DNA of 64,000 bases from an uncultured Chthonomonadaceae bacterium. Its GTDB lineage: Bacteria > Armatimonadota > Chthonomonadetes > Chthonomonadales > Chthonomonadaceae. Position numbers and translations under genes: made by a program. The notes beneath the pieces are model-generated. The model was not told the origin of the DNA. It made no database searches and saw only the letters and a program-made list of their open reading frames with translations. The stretch spans positions 224,001-288,000 of the forward strand of contig CAWFQB010000011.1 in assembly GCA_963817895.1 (NCBI GenBank). Reading direction: 5' to 3'. Shown piece by piece: positions 50,293 to 62,237 of this stretch (within the stretch, counting starts at the first letter, position 1; every line of letters starts with the position of its first letter).

Positions 50293-52596
50293 TCAGGAAC
50301 GTAAACGGGTTCCGGGCGGGCAATGTCCGCGCGTACCGTTACCTGCGCTTGACGTGAAAGGCAGTTCTAGGGCAGGCGCTTCCGGGCGGAGATCGGCGCG
50401 AACAACTTCCATCGGCTGCCCGCTTGCCGTGCGCGGCGGGTCTTTCGGGTAGTCAATGCGCCCGTGCATCATGGCCTGCAAGACATGCAGAAACGCGTCG
50501 GAAATATGTTTCACATCCCGGAAGGTGAGGGGACACTCATCCAACTGCCCATCTTCGATTTTGCCCCGCACGATGCCGGTAATCAGCGCTTCGATTTTTT
50601 CCTGATTGGGCTTGTCAATGCAGCGGGCGGCGGCTTCCACCGAGTCGGCCAGCATAACAATCGCGGCTTCGCGGGTCTGCGGTTTGGGGCCGGGATAGCG
50701 GAAACGCTCTTCCATGCCGGGCGGCAGGGCCGTCGCCCCCGCCGTTATCCGCCAAGCGCCTGACGGTAGAAGAAACTGATCAGCGTGGTTCCGTGATGCT
50801 GCGCGATGATGTCGCGAATCTCATCGGGCAGGCGGTGCTGTTTCGCCATCGTCACGCCGTCGCGAACATGGGCGGTGATGATGAGCGCGGAAAGCGAGGG
50901 ACTGAGGCGGCAATGCACGTTATCGGCGCGCTGGTTTTCGATGAAGAAATCGGGGCGGTTCATCTTGCCGATGTCGTGGTAATAGCCCCCGACGCGGCAC
51001 AAAAGCGCATCCGCGCGAATGGCCTGCGCGCCCGCTTCCGCAAGCGTTCCGACCATCATGCTGTGGGCATAAGTTCCGGGCGCGACCGCGCAGAACTGTT
51101 TGAGAAGCGGGACGATCAAAGGCCGACATTTCCAGCAGGGAGGTATGGGTCAGGATTCCGAACGGTTTTTCCAGCGCCAGCACGCCGAACCAGAACAGAA
51201 AAGTGGCGAACGGGGCCACGCCTATCGCCCACGCCGAACCCGTCAGCAGTTCCGACAGCTGTCGTTGAACAGCAGGCCGAGCAGCCAGACCAGCCCGACA
51301 TTGCTCAGGGCAAGCGCGGCGGTTGTCGCCAGCAGATTGGATTTATGCCGGACATGAGACACGCTGGCGATGCCGACAAGCCCGGAAAGCAGGGTCATGA
51401 CGCTGAACCGAATCTCGTGGTTCATAATCATGCCCGACTGAATCGCCAGCAGGGCGACAATCAGCATGGCAAGGTGCATGTCCAGCAGGACGCTGACCAG
51501 CATACCCGCCGCCGTCACGCTCATCATGCCGAGATAGCCGAATTGCCAGCCGGCAAATTGCAGGCCGAGCAGGGTCGCCCCCACTTTCAGGCCAACAACA
51601 CTGAGCAGCACGATCACGGAAAGCAGGGCGAGGCGGCGCGTATCATCGTACAGGGTAGGGAGCAGGCGGGAAATATAAAAGGACGACGACCAGCACCATG
51701 ACAGCGGCAAGAATGCAGATGGCAACGCCCGTCGTGAGTTCCTGCCGGGGATCGAGCAGGCCAAGCGCGGTCAGTTTGTCCAGCGTGTCCTGCCGCACCA
51801 CGTCACCGACGGCAATGATTTTATCGCCGGGGAACAGGCGGCCATACGCGGAAGGGACGCTGCGCATAGCGGTTTGAATTGCCTGCTGCGTTCTGGAGCG
51901 GCTGTACAGGCGGTTGGGGCGCAGCGCCTGTCCCGCAACAGCAGTTACAAGATCGGCGTCACCCGCAACCGGAAGGGTTTCCTGCGCCCGAAGCCGGAGC
52001 GTCTGCTGCACCTGCCGCAAATCGTCGGACTGGTCGCGGATTTCCCGATCCATGCCCTCATCCACAAGGCGCAGGGTAGTATCGCGCAGGCGCTGGAAAA
52101 CGGTCGGGGGTACGGTCAGCAGGCGGCGGAGGGTGGCGCGAGAAAGGCCGGAACCGGATTGCAGCGATTGTACGGCTTTGTCCTGCGTGGCGGATTTGAG
52201 CAGGGCGCGGGTACTGGTCGCCCTGCGTTCCATGTCAATGCGGTCGAACAGTTCGTCTACGGTACGCCGCGCATTGATAGCCGCGTGTTCATCCACATCG
52301 TACACGCGGCGGGTGGCTTGTCCGGCGATTTTTTGAAGCGTGGCGGTTTTTTCGGAATCGAGGTAAATCACGCTGCGCGGGGAGCGCACTTCGCGCGCGC
52401 TGATTTCGCCAAGCCGCAGCGGAACCCGGTCCTGCCGCAGATGCACGGACATCATCAGGGACAGGGCGGCAATGGTCAGCAGCATCAGGCCGGCCTTCGC
52501 TTTATTGAAAGCGGGCCGCGCCGAAGCGTGACGTTTGAACCATGCGGCGAGGTTCTTCATCCATCTGGTTTTTAGCTGCGGTGTTTTAGGATTCAT
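50293..52596 (-). CDS. 7TM-HD phosphohydrolase, PgpH/YqfF-like (several frameshifts)
   Basis: Extracellular domain, multi-TM region, APGTYAHS, YYHDIGK, QHHGT, FRYPGPKP, MLADSVEAA. Confidence 0.88.
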
Positions 52597-52693
52597 GGTC
52601 GTCGTCGCGCCCGAAGGCCGACTGAACACATCATTGTTGCGCAGGCGGCGAAAATCAACAGGTAGTCTGTGCCGCGTCGCTTCCACAGGCACA

Positions 52694-53262
52694 CTACATT
52701 ATAACTGCTGCGTGTTCGCCTGTCAAGGAGGTAGTTTGCGCAAGCGCGGCTTCTATGGCAGCCGTGAGCGCGGTGGCGGTTATCGGGCCTTCGTACTGAC
52801 TGTTGTTGAGGAAAAGGGTGGGGGTTGAGTGGACACCGGAAGTTCGGATACCATCCACGTCGGCGCGAACGGCATTATATGTGGCTTCACTCTGCAAATT
52901 TGTCATAAACTCGTTCGCGTCCAGTCCGAGTTGAACGGCAGCCTGCTGGAGTTCTTCGGGCGTCAAAGCGGGCAAGCCCTCCATGAGCGCGTCGCGCATA
53001 GGCCAAAATTGGCCCATCATACCCGCCGCTTCACTGGCGCGGGCGGCATCAAGGGCGTGGGGATGAACATCCGTAAGCGGCAGATGACGGTATATAAAGC
53101 GTATTTTGTCGGCGTAGCGGGCGCGGAGGGGTTTCAGGATGTGATGCGCTTCCCGGCAGTCGCCGCACTGAAAATCGCCGTATTCCACAGGGTAACAGGC
53201 GCGTCTGCCGGCCCCTCCTGCCAGTCGCGCGCGTTTACCGGAGTGGGAAGAGGTTGAGACAT
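52694..53262 (-). CDS. DsbA family thioredoxin-fold protein (frameshift near start)
   Basis: GPADAPVT, EYGDFQCGDC, YRHLPL..HPHA, GVHSTPT. Confidence 0.85.
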
Positions 53263-53285
53263 AAATTCACCCTCGATTCACGGTT

Positions 53286-54266
53286 TCATCCGTCGCAACG
53301 CCGCTTGCCGCCGATGCTGCGCAATCCATCGAAGGTACCCTGAAAAACGGCTCCGGCAAGGACGGGTTCGCCGCGAAGCAGGGATTTGACAACGCGCCCC
53401 GCGCCGGAAACCAGATACCGCGCCCAGAATTCAGCAGGCAGGCGCTTGCCCTGCGCGCAAGCGCGATTGGCGAAATAATGGACGCGATTGCGAATATCAT
53501 AATATACGCGGTTGGCGGATTGCTTACCGAAACTCGCGCCCACTTTATGGTATACATGGGCAAGCGGGGCGGAAACCACATTCCAGCCCGCTTCCCGCGC
53601 CCTCATGCAGAAATCCACCTCTTCGTGAACCGCGAAAAAGGCCGGGTCAAAACCTTTGACCGCTGCCAGAGCCTGACGCTTAATGGCAAACGCGCAGCCA
53701 TGCGCCGAGTCTACGGCAACGGGAAGGTCGGAGGCGAGAGCGGGTAACACGTCTTCCCGATGGTAGTTCGCCATTTGGGGAACGTTCAAGCGTTGCGGGG
53801 CGCGGATGCCCGCGTATAGAAAATTAGTCGCGGTGTCAGGAATATCGGCGGAATCGTACTTGAAGACGAAGCTGCCGATAACGCCCGTTTTAGCATCCTG
53901 TTCCCCTGCTTCCACAAGGCTGAACAGGCAACAGGGCGCGACGGTAACATCGTTGTTGAGAACGACCACATAGTCCGCGTCGAGCGTGGCCGCGTACTCG
54001 AACCCAACATTGTTGCCCCCGGCGTAGCCAAGATTAGCGCCGGTTTCCAGCACGTCCACGCGGGGACAGGCCGCTCGGATACGCGCAACGGAATCATCGT
54101 CCGAATGGTTGTCAATCACCACAACATGAAAGTTATCGTAGTGAGAGGCGCGAACGGACTCGACACATTCAATTGTATTCGCCCAGCCATTCCAGTTCAG
54201 AATAAGAACAACCACTCTGGGAACGGGTTTGGCAAAGGGCAATGTCGGCGCGGACATGTCTTGCAT
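53286..54266 (-). CDS. Glycosyltransferase family 2
   Basis: ILNWNG, IDNHSDD, NLGYAGGNN, LNND, EEVDFC. Confidence 0.92.
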   Translation of the reverse strand: MQDMSAPTLPFAKPVPRVVVLILNWNGWANTIECVESVRASHYDNFHVVVIDNHSDDDSVARIRAACPRVDVLETGANLGYAGGNNVGFEYAATLDADYVVVLNNDVTVAPCCLFSLVEAGEQDAKTGVIGSFVFKYDSADIPDTATNFLYAGIRAPQRLNVPQMANYHREDVLPALASDLPVAVDSAHGCAFAIKRQALAAVKGFDPAFFAVHEEVDFCMRAREAGWNVVSAPLAHVYHKVGASFGKQSANRVYYDIRNRVHYFANRACAQGKRLPAEFWARYLVSGAGRVVKSLLRGEPVLAGAVFQGTFDGLRSIGGKRRCDG

Positions 54267-54364
54267 TGTTTACCGGTATTTCGGGAGCCGTCAGGCGAAG
54301 AATTGGTCTGCGCCCGAACTCCAATTTCCAATCATCCATCAACGGGAACTGCGGGTATTCGCTA

Positions 54365-55710
54365 CTAAGCCGGGACGCTGCCGCCGCGCGGCACGCGGCG
54401 ATCCACATCGGAAGGCTCAGGGATGAAGAACGTAATTAACAGGGCGGGGATATAGAGGAGGCCCACCCACACCAGCGCCTGATTGAAATCAGCCACTGTC
54501 GTTAGTTTGACGCTTAGACCGAAGATAATTGTTCCCGCCGCTGCGACCAATCTGCCTACATTATAGCAGAAACCCGCGCCGGTTGTGCGTAAAAGAGTGG
54601 GAAACAGGGGCGGAATGTACAGCGGAAACAGCCCGAATACGCCCTGCACGAAGAAATGCGCCAGTGACGCGAAGAAAATGATCTGAATATGATCGTGTGG
54701 AAAGCCATACGCGAGGTACATGGTAATGGCCCCACCAAGAAACATGACGAAAGTGGCTTTGCGATAGCCGAAATACCGCGCTACTGCGGCGGCGAAGAAA
54801 TTGCCGCCGATAGCGACGATGAAACACACAATTTGCGCTTTTGAGATGTAGTCCGTCTGCTCGGCGGGACTCATAATGGCGACATCGGGCAGATGGCGCA
54901 ACTGCTAGCGTGTACCAGAAAATCAAAGCCCAAACAGTTGTCAGCGCGGCGGAGCAGAGTATGATTGTCAATATCGTAATGCGGCGCACTTCGCCTTTGA
55001 ACAGGTCGGAAATAGCCGGGAGTTGGCGTTGTTCCTTCTGCGCCTCATGCCACTCTGTCAGGTTCGGGAATATTACGGCGTATCCAGAAGATAATCAGCG
55101 CGGGAACCACGCCCACAGCAAACACCCATCGTGGGTTGGCATGGGCAAGCGCGATTCCGGTGAGCGACGCGAGCAGAAAGCCTCCCTGATACGCGGATTG
55201 AAGGGTTGCGCTGACCCAGGGACGCCATTTTTTAGGCCAGGTTTCCGACACGAGCGACGAGCCTGCCGCCCACTCGCCGCCGATTCCGAGCGCGGACAAG
55301 AACCGAAACAGCATCAGCGCCGTCCAGGACCAGGCCAGCCCCTGAAAACCCGTGAAAATGGCGTATGTCAGAATAGTCAGGCTGATGGTGCGGCTGCGGC
55401 CATAGCGGTCACCGATACGCCCGAATACCGCGCCCCCAATCGCCCATCCCACCAGAAACGCCGCCTGAATATAGGAAGCGTGGCGGCTGACGGCGGGGTC
55501 TTGTACCTTTGTTGCAAGGAGAGAAGCCACATAAGGCAGGGCAACCAGAATGTAAAGCGAAGTGTCCAGGCCGTCGAACAGCCAACCGAGCCAGGCGGCA
55601 ATGCCGCATTTCCATTGCTGCGGCGACAGGTCGCGCAATCGGGTTACATCCTGCCCATCAGGAACAGATACAGGCGTGTCAATAGAGTCGGAAGTGGGAG
55701 TTGAAGTCAT
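54365..55710 (-). CDS. MFS transporter (frameshifted)
   Basis: AAWLGWLFDGLD, GRIGDRYGR, GIGGEW, LFPTLLRTTGAGFCYN. Confidence 0.9.
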
Positions 55711-55975
55711 GGGAGTGGCCTCCATGTGGAGTTGAGTTGATGTGTCAAGCATTATAAGACATTTTGACTTGAAAGTTGTCACATTTACGGGTAAAATTGT
55801 GTTTAATAGAGTAGGGCGGCGCATCAGTGACAATCGGATTTCTCCCGCGCAGGCAGGATCCGGCAGAAGTTACAGTAACATTCGCCACAGCGCCGTAAAA
55901 TCCCTCGTAACATCAGCCTTTTTCTTTATCTGCTCCGCCTCCTGTGCGGCCTTACGTTTTTCAGGAGTTAAATTT

Positions 55976-56870
55976 ATGCGCCGGATTCTGACTCTCGCTT
56001 TGTGCCTTCTGCCCGGTTTTTGCGGCATAGCCGCCCATGCGTCGGGCGAAATCGCCGCCGAGCCGTCCGCCATTACAGCCGGACAATCCTCCACGCTGAA
56101 ATGGTATTTCAACGGGGCGAAAATTACGGTTTCAGGCGGCAGTTTCGCGCCCGGCACACCGATTACGGGCAAGCAAATATTGACCGTGAAGCCGAAAAAA
56201 ACCACGAAGTACCTGTTTGACGTGTATTACCATCCCGAACTGCCCGCCGACAAGCAGGCGACGGGAACCGGCAAACTGACGCATGTGCAGTACACGGTTA
56301 CAGTGGAAGTGCTTGGCCCGATGCCGGGTCTGCTTGCTTATAAAGGGACGCACAACTGGCGAGTGAACTACCAGACGGGCTGGAAGCCGATGACCAATGA
56401 GGGCGCAGGCGATGATCTGGTGTGGTTTCAGGCCGAAGAGGACGCGGTAGATCGGCTGTCAGTGGCGATTGTGCCGCTCAAGGACAAGACGGCGGCGCAG
56501 TTGATGGAGGAGATACGCGCCGATATTCCTTCGCATTACACCCATGCGCAGGTGGTTTCGCAAAACGACGCCACGCAGCAGAGCCTGCCCGGCTCTTGTG
56601 GCGACGTTTACGGGCAACGATCAGGCGCATCCCAACACGCGCACGAGTCTTTGCATAAAAGTGTTCGTAAACGGGGAGCGGGGTTATGTGGTCAGCGCGC
56701 GGACAAGCGCGGAACGATTCAGCGCGCGACGCCCCCTGCTGGAAAACATGGTGAACAGTTTCGCCCTTACCGGCAAAATTATTCCGATCACAGCCAAAGC
56801 GAACAGCGACAGCGCATCCCCGGAAGCCGCGCAGCCGAACAACAAGACCACGCTTACTACGAAACAGTAG
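55976..56870 (+). CDS. Secreted hypothetical protein (frameshift near 56595)
   Basis: GGAG RBS, signal peptide ending AHA-S; continues in ORF 56544-56870. Confidence 0.6.
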
Positions 56871-56872
56871 GT

Positions 56873-57090
56873 TTTTACCTCACCCCACCCCCTCTCCTTG
56901 CCGCGCAACGCGCTAGGAGAGGGGCTATTGTGTATAAGGCTGAACAAAATAATAGTGGAGTTCTCGCAATTGGGAAAGAACAACGCAGATATCAAGCCCA
57001 TTATGCGCTAATGAACCTCAACTGTAATAGATGAAAAAGCCCCTCTCCTAGCGCGTTGCGCGGCAAGGAGAGGGGGTGGGGTGAGGTAAA
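56873..57090. repeat. Family B REPIN-like doublet between convergent genes
   Basis: Arms 56873-56926 and 57038-57090. Confidence 0.9.
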
Positions 57091-57100
57091 CTCACTTTAT

Positions 57101-57536
57101 TTAGATGCCGAAACGTCCGCCGAAGGGCTGCACCTGCGGCAGGTACTGGCGTGTCATGCCTGCCCATTTGGCGGCGAGAGCGGCGGGAGTCGTGCCCTCG
57201 GCTTTCGCGTCGGCGGGCGTCACTTCCAGCAACAGATAGCGTCGCACAACAATTTTATTGCCCATCACTTTGATGTCGGATTTGCGCAGGGCGGGCGCAG
57301 TGGCGCGGGAGAAAATTTCTGTGGCGCGGGCGTCGCATTTCTCGGTACGCATAATGGGCGTATCATTACCCGCGCTCTGCGACAGGCGGAACATTTCAAA
57401 ACCGGAAATAGCCCAGGTTGAGGCGGACTTTATCCGCAACAGGGGCAGTCGTTCCAATGGGCAAAACTTCCTGCGCGGCGGCAGGACGGGCAAAAGCGCA
57501 AACGCCGGCAAGGGCGGCAACAGCAATCCACTTCAT
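57101..57536 (-). CDS. Secreted hypothetical protein (frameshifted)
   Basis: AGGAG RBS; MKWIAVAALAGVCAFARPAAAQ signal peptide, then joins ORF 57101-57526. Confidence 0.6.
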
Positions 57537-58046
57537 GTCGAACTCCTTTCAAACAACTCTCCGAACAACTATGCGGCGGCAATAGTGGGCGGGCATTTCG
57601 GTTCGTACTGACTCACAGACGGCGCGTTGTCCCTGCTGTGTTCCCCGCAAATGAGATTGGAACCGGAAAATTACGCCGGACGGAATATATCAGCCTGCTA
57701 CTGACAAATTTATGGCAAAAACAGGAAATAACGCTGTGGATTAGCGTCACAGACGGCGTGGGAGCGCGTTTCCTGAACTGTACCTGCGCCGGAACGCGGG
57801 ATACGCTCTTCTGAACATCCGAAACCATCCAGGCCACCCGGCATGGTATACGCCCGACGAGATGCGGCATCTCGTCGGGCGCTAATCTTCTGAACCCCGA
57901 ACAACCCTGGCCCGACATCCGTTTGGGAAGACGCGCCTCCTCCCCGTCAGGTTCCCCGAATTGCCGCTTGCCCGCTTTATTTTCTACAATCCCCTAACAT
58001 AACTCCCCCCCTGCGCCCGTCTGAATCATTGGAGGGGCAATTGCGA

Positions 58047-58653
58047 ATGTCCGGCGAAATCAAAGCAATGTTTTCAACAGCGCCGCGCGATGGCGTTGAG
58101 GAGGATACCGAAGAGGCGCGAATGTTGGCGCGGGCGCGGGGAGGCGATCAGGCAGCCATTGGCTGGCTCATTGCCCGTTATCGTCAACGCGCCGTTCGCC
58201 TTGCCGCGCGTATTTTGCGCCGCCCGGACGAAGCCGAAGATGTCGCTCAGGAAGCGTTTATACGCGCCTTCAAAAATCTGCGCGCGTTTCGCGGGGCAGG
58301 GCCGTTTCTACACCTGGCTTTATCAGATTATTGTTCGCCTCTGTCTTGACAGGCAGCGCGTCCGCAGATGGGATGCGGAAGAGTCGCTGGACATGGACGC
58401 GCTTTGCAGAGAAGTGGCGCATCTGCCGATGGAAAGGGTAGATAACCATGTTCTGGTGGAGATGCTGCTGGATCGTCTCAGCCCGCCCATGCGCGCCATG
58501 CTGGTTTTGCGCGAACTCGAGGGTCTGGAATACGAAGAGATTGCCACGATGCTGAATATTCCCGTTGGGCGCGTGAAATGGCGGCTGCACGAGGCGCGGT
58601 CACAGTTTCGGGTTATCTGGGAAGCGGCGATGCGGGAGGTGGATCATGTTTGA
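58047..58653 (+). CDS. ECF sigma-70 factor (one frameshift)
   Basis: EAEDVAQEAF, FYTWLYQI, LEYEEIA..RVKWRLHEAR. Confidence 0.88.
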
Positions 58654-59098
58654 CAATCGTTTTGAACAGAATTTCGAGCAGGATTTCAAACAGGCGGAAA
58701 ACAGCGACGCGAACCTGGCTCTGCGCGAGGGTCTGTATGATCTGCCCACCCCTGATGTTTCCATGAATTTCGACGCCCGTATTCAATCGGCTCTGCTTCC
58801 GCGTTCCGCGTGGTGGCAAATTCTGTGGGCAACGGCGCGTCCCGCGCTTCCCACGGCTGTCGGAACGCTCATAGTCATGCTGCTGCTCGTAAACGGGGTA
58901 CAAAAATCCTCTGTTGGGACGCCAACATTGTCCTCTGTAATAGAAACTGCTGCCGTCAGACAGCAGCCATTCAACTCTGCTTCTGCCAACCTGCGCGGCA
59001 AAGGGGTGGAAGAAGCGGGGGAGAATATGGATTTGTCGAACGCTTCCCTCTATTTTTTCAGCCGTTCTCCGCGCTCCGCCATGCATAAAAGCGGCTGA
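58646..59098 (+). CDS. Putative single-TM anti-sigma factor
   Basis: Overlaps the sigma stop; LPTPDVSMNFDARI followed by a TM helix. Confidence 0.65.
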   Translation: MFDNRFEQNFEQDFKQAENSDANLALREGLYDLPTPDVSMNFDARIQSALLPRSAWWQILWATARPALPTAVGTLIVMLLLVNGVQKSSVGTPTLSSVIETAAVRQQPFNSASANLRGKGVEEAGENMDLSNASLYFFSRSPRSAMHKSG

Positions 59099-59112
59099 AG
59101 TTCGGATTCGTC

Positions 59113-59243
59113 AGGGGTTGAGAACCCCTGGCTTAATGGCCTGCGGCCAGGCGTCCTACGGACGCGAATTCATGCTTTACAGATTCCTGCGTCCGAAGGA
59201 CGCTTGGCGGAACGCCATCCAGACGGGTGTTTTCAACACCCGG
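59113..59243. repeat. Family C doublet (two inverted multi-hairpin arms)
   Basis: ggggttgagaacccc..tggcctgcggcca.gcgtcctacggacgc / gcgtccgaaggacgc.tggcggaacgcca..cgggtg..cacccg. Confidence 0.75.
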
Positions 59244-59284
59244 CAAAATATCTCAGGTTGACACGAACTTTACAGGAGTTTGCT

Positions 59285-61265
59285 ATGACTGACGAAACGC
59301 TGGACGAACCGCGTGAAGGTTTTGCCGCCGGATGGATGCGCAAATGGAACATCAGGCTAGCGGGGGCCGCTGTTGGCATTGCCCTTGCGCTGCTCGTCGC
59401 GCCGGGAAGCCGCCGATTGTTTCTGGCCCAATCGCAACTCTGCGTTCCCGTACCCGGAAATGTCGCGTCCATTGCGGGCAGTCAGCTTGGGGTTCGGCCC
59501 GATCCATTCGAGGGCAAACTTGCTATACAGCCTGCCGTTGCGGTTGCCGAACGATACCCGGACGATTTGCAGATACAGATTGCGAAGGCTTCCCTGTCTC
59601 TGCCGGACGATGGCAGTAATTCCTCTCTTGCAAAACTGCGGCGATTGCGCGCGCTGGCAGGCCGCTTTGAAAACAGTCCCTCCCTGTACGCCAACATTCT
59701 GCGCTACGAGGCGCAGGGCGAAATCAGAGTGCATCATAATGTCGAGCAGAAGGCGCTGGGCGGCGAACCCCTGCCTGATGTAGTTCTGCAAAAAGCGCGT
59801 AGTATAGAGGCGCAGGGCGCTTCCGTGCCGGCCTTCGCCGCGTATGACCGGGATGCCGCAGCGGGCGAGCGGCTGGACCCGGACAACGCCTATTTCCCGT
59901 TTATGCGGGCGGTAGGGTTGTTCAGCGCGCGCCGTGACGAGGCCGCGCTGGAAGCGATTGCCCGCGCGTCTCGTAAATCCGCAATGGCGGGAGTACTACA
60001 ACGACGAACTCAAAGGGCAGTGGAAATTGCAGGATGAGGGCTTTGTCAACAATAGCGCGCTGTTTCATTCGGTTTCCGCGATGATGATTTTGTTCCCGGA
60101 GTACGCGCAGATGCGGGCGGCGGCCCGAATAACGATTTTTGAAGCGGTACAGGCGGAACGGGCAGGGGATGTCACAAAGGGGCTGGAACTGCGCGAGAAT
60201 GTCCTTCGATTGGGCAGCCTGATGCGGGTTCAGTCCGCCAGTATCATCGGTTCGCTTGTGGGCAACGCGATCACCGAACTTGCCGATCGCTGGCCGGGTG
60301 GCGAAATCGCTCACAAGTCCGACGCGCTGAACGAAAAGCAGAAGAAAGAGCGTCACCGCCTTCATTTCGACGCTTATCTGCGGCGCATACATGCCGATTC
60401 CGCGATGGCTAAATTTCATGCGGCGCAGCAGTCCGGCGATGAAATGGAGGAGATTGTCCTCGCAGGGATTAAATCGGGGACGTTCAATTATCCGTTTACT
60501 CAATTGACGGCGTGGTGGGTGGCGGATTTGGTGACGCTTTCCAACATCCTGTGGCTGCTGCTGTTGGGCGGAATTGCCACTTTGTGCCTGCGCTATTTGC
60601 GGTTACAAAAGGGCGAGGGACTGCCGAAGTACGCGGGTGGTATTCTGACGCTCGGCGTGATTGGCGGCGGATTGTCCACGCCCCTGCTGTTGCCCGACCT
60701 GTCGCCCTACTTTCAGAAGATCGCTTCGGAAGATCGTAGCTGGATGCTGCTTGTCGGCTGCCTGCCTGTTCTGCTGGCGATGGGCTGTCCGCGCCAACTC
60801 TCCGCGAACGGCTGACGCGCGGTAGGCATCTTCGCCTGTGGCCTGCTGTCCGGCCTTGCCCTGACCGGCTGTTACTTCTGGCAGGCGCATGGCATTACGG
60901 GCATCTCTTCCCTGCAACAAATCTACTATAACCTGTCCGATTCGGGTGACGCAACCGCGCAGAACCTGACCGGAAAATGGTTCTGGTTCACGCCCCTTGT
61001 GTCCCTGCTGATTTTGGTCGGAAGCGCGATTCTCAGCCGCATTGCGCGTGTGCCGCTTTCCATAGGAATGGCACGGGGGTTGCGCGGCCTGATGGTTCCC
61101 GTTGCCGCAATTCTGTTCCTCGTCTACGGCGGCATGTTGCTTTGCACCATACGGGCTGAAGCGGCAGTGGAGTACGGCATACAGCGCACACTGGAGAATC
61201 AGGGCCAATACCTCGCTGCCCTGTCCGGCAAACAGTGGCCGCGTTCTGATGCCGCTAAAAAGTAG
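59285..61265 (+). CDS. Hypothetical membrane protein with helical extracytoplasmic domain and C-terminal TM bundle (frameshifted)
   Basis: CAGGAG RBS; LDPDNAYFP; consecutive ORFs 59204-60037, 59934-60815 and 60999-61265. Confidence 0.65.
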
Positions 61266-61276
61266 GGTGGGGACAC

Positions 61277-61355
61277 TTTAGCCGCAAATCAACGCGAATA
61301 CACGCGAATGTATACCAAAACAAATGCCTGAACGACATGCGCGTTCAGGCATTTG
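61277..61355. repeat. Family G arm plus GCCTGAAC hairpin between convergent genes
   Basis: tttagccgcaaatcaacgcgaatacacgcgaat; caaatgcctgaacg..cgttcaggcatttg. Confidence 0.8.
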
Positions 61356-61381
61356 CTCTCACTCTCACTCTCCACTCTCAC

Positions 61382-62224
61382 TCAGTACGCGATAAACTGC
61401 TCAAGGTACTTCTTGCCGATGAGGAAGCCCTCTTCGCGCTCTACGGCATCGTCCTCATGCTCGATGGAGATAACGCCGTTGTAGCCGTTGCGGCGCAGGG
61501 CGGCGATGTACTCGCCCCATTTGATTTGTCCCAAACCCGGAATCACATAGCGCCACCAGCCGCTGCCCTGATTGCCGACAATGCGCTTGACGTGCGTTTT
61601 TACTTCCGTGTCCTTGCCATGCGTGTGGAAAATGCGATCCGCGAACTTGTCTACGGCTTCGATGTAGTCAATGTCCTGCCACAACAGATGCGAGGGGTCG
61701 AAGTTCAGGCCGAGATTGCTGTGCGGGAGCACTTCAAACAGGCGCGTCCAGTGGGCGAGATTCTGAATGTTGGTGGCTGTCCAGTTTTCCAGCGCGAGGC
61801 TGACGCCCTTATCCGCCGCGTGTTCCAGAATGGGCGGAAACACTTCCAGGCAGTCTTCCTCAATGGTTTTGAACCGATCCTTGCCGTTGGGCGGCAGTCC
61901 CGCCATTGTGGTGACGACGTTGACGCCAAGCAGGGCGGCCGCGTCAATGGCGTTGTTCAGCGTCTGAATGTTGGCGGCGCGTCGGGCCGGATCGCCATCC
62001 GTGACGTTGGTGTACGCGCCCACTGCCGAAATTTGCAGCAGCCGCTTTTCCATCAGGGTCTTGACTTCATCCGCGCGTTCCTGCGTGAAATTGCTGGTAT
62101 CAATGTGCTTGTTTCCCGGCCCCGCCGCGATTTCCAGCCCGCCAAAGCCGTATTCGCCCGCGAACGCGGCCACGATTTCTAGATCTTCCCGACCAAAAGG
62201 GCCGGTTAATATGCCTACGTACAT
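61382..62224 (-). CDS. Sugar phosphate isomerase/epimerase (TIM barrel)
   Basis: LALENW, GLNFDPSH, HTHGKD, ISIEHED. Confidence 0.9.
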   Translation of the reverse strand: MYVGILTGPFGREDLEIVAAFAGEYGFGGLEIAAGPGNKHIDTSNFTQERADEVKTLMEKRLLQISAVGAYTNVTDGDPARRAANIQTLNNAIDAAALLGVNVVTTMAGLPPNGKDRFKTIEEDCLEVFPPILEHAADKGVSLALENWTATNIQNLAHWTRLFEVLPHSNLGLNFDPSHLLWQDIDYIEAVDKFADRIFHTHGKDTEVKTHVKRIVGNQGSGWWRYVIPGLGQIKWGEYIAALRRNGYNGVISIEHEDDAVEREEGFLIGKKYLEQFIAY

Positions 62225-62237
62225 GTGAAACTCCTTC

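Noticed and set aside
9106..57090. Repeats with unique spacers as a CRISPR array
   Set aside because: The repeats are inverted pairs dispersed over the window, not tandem direct repeats, and there are no cas genes
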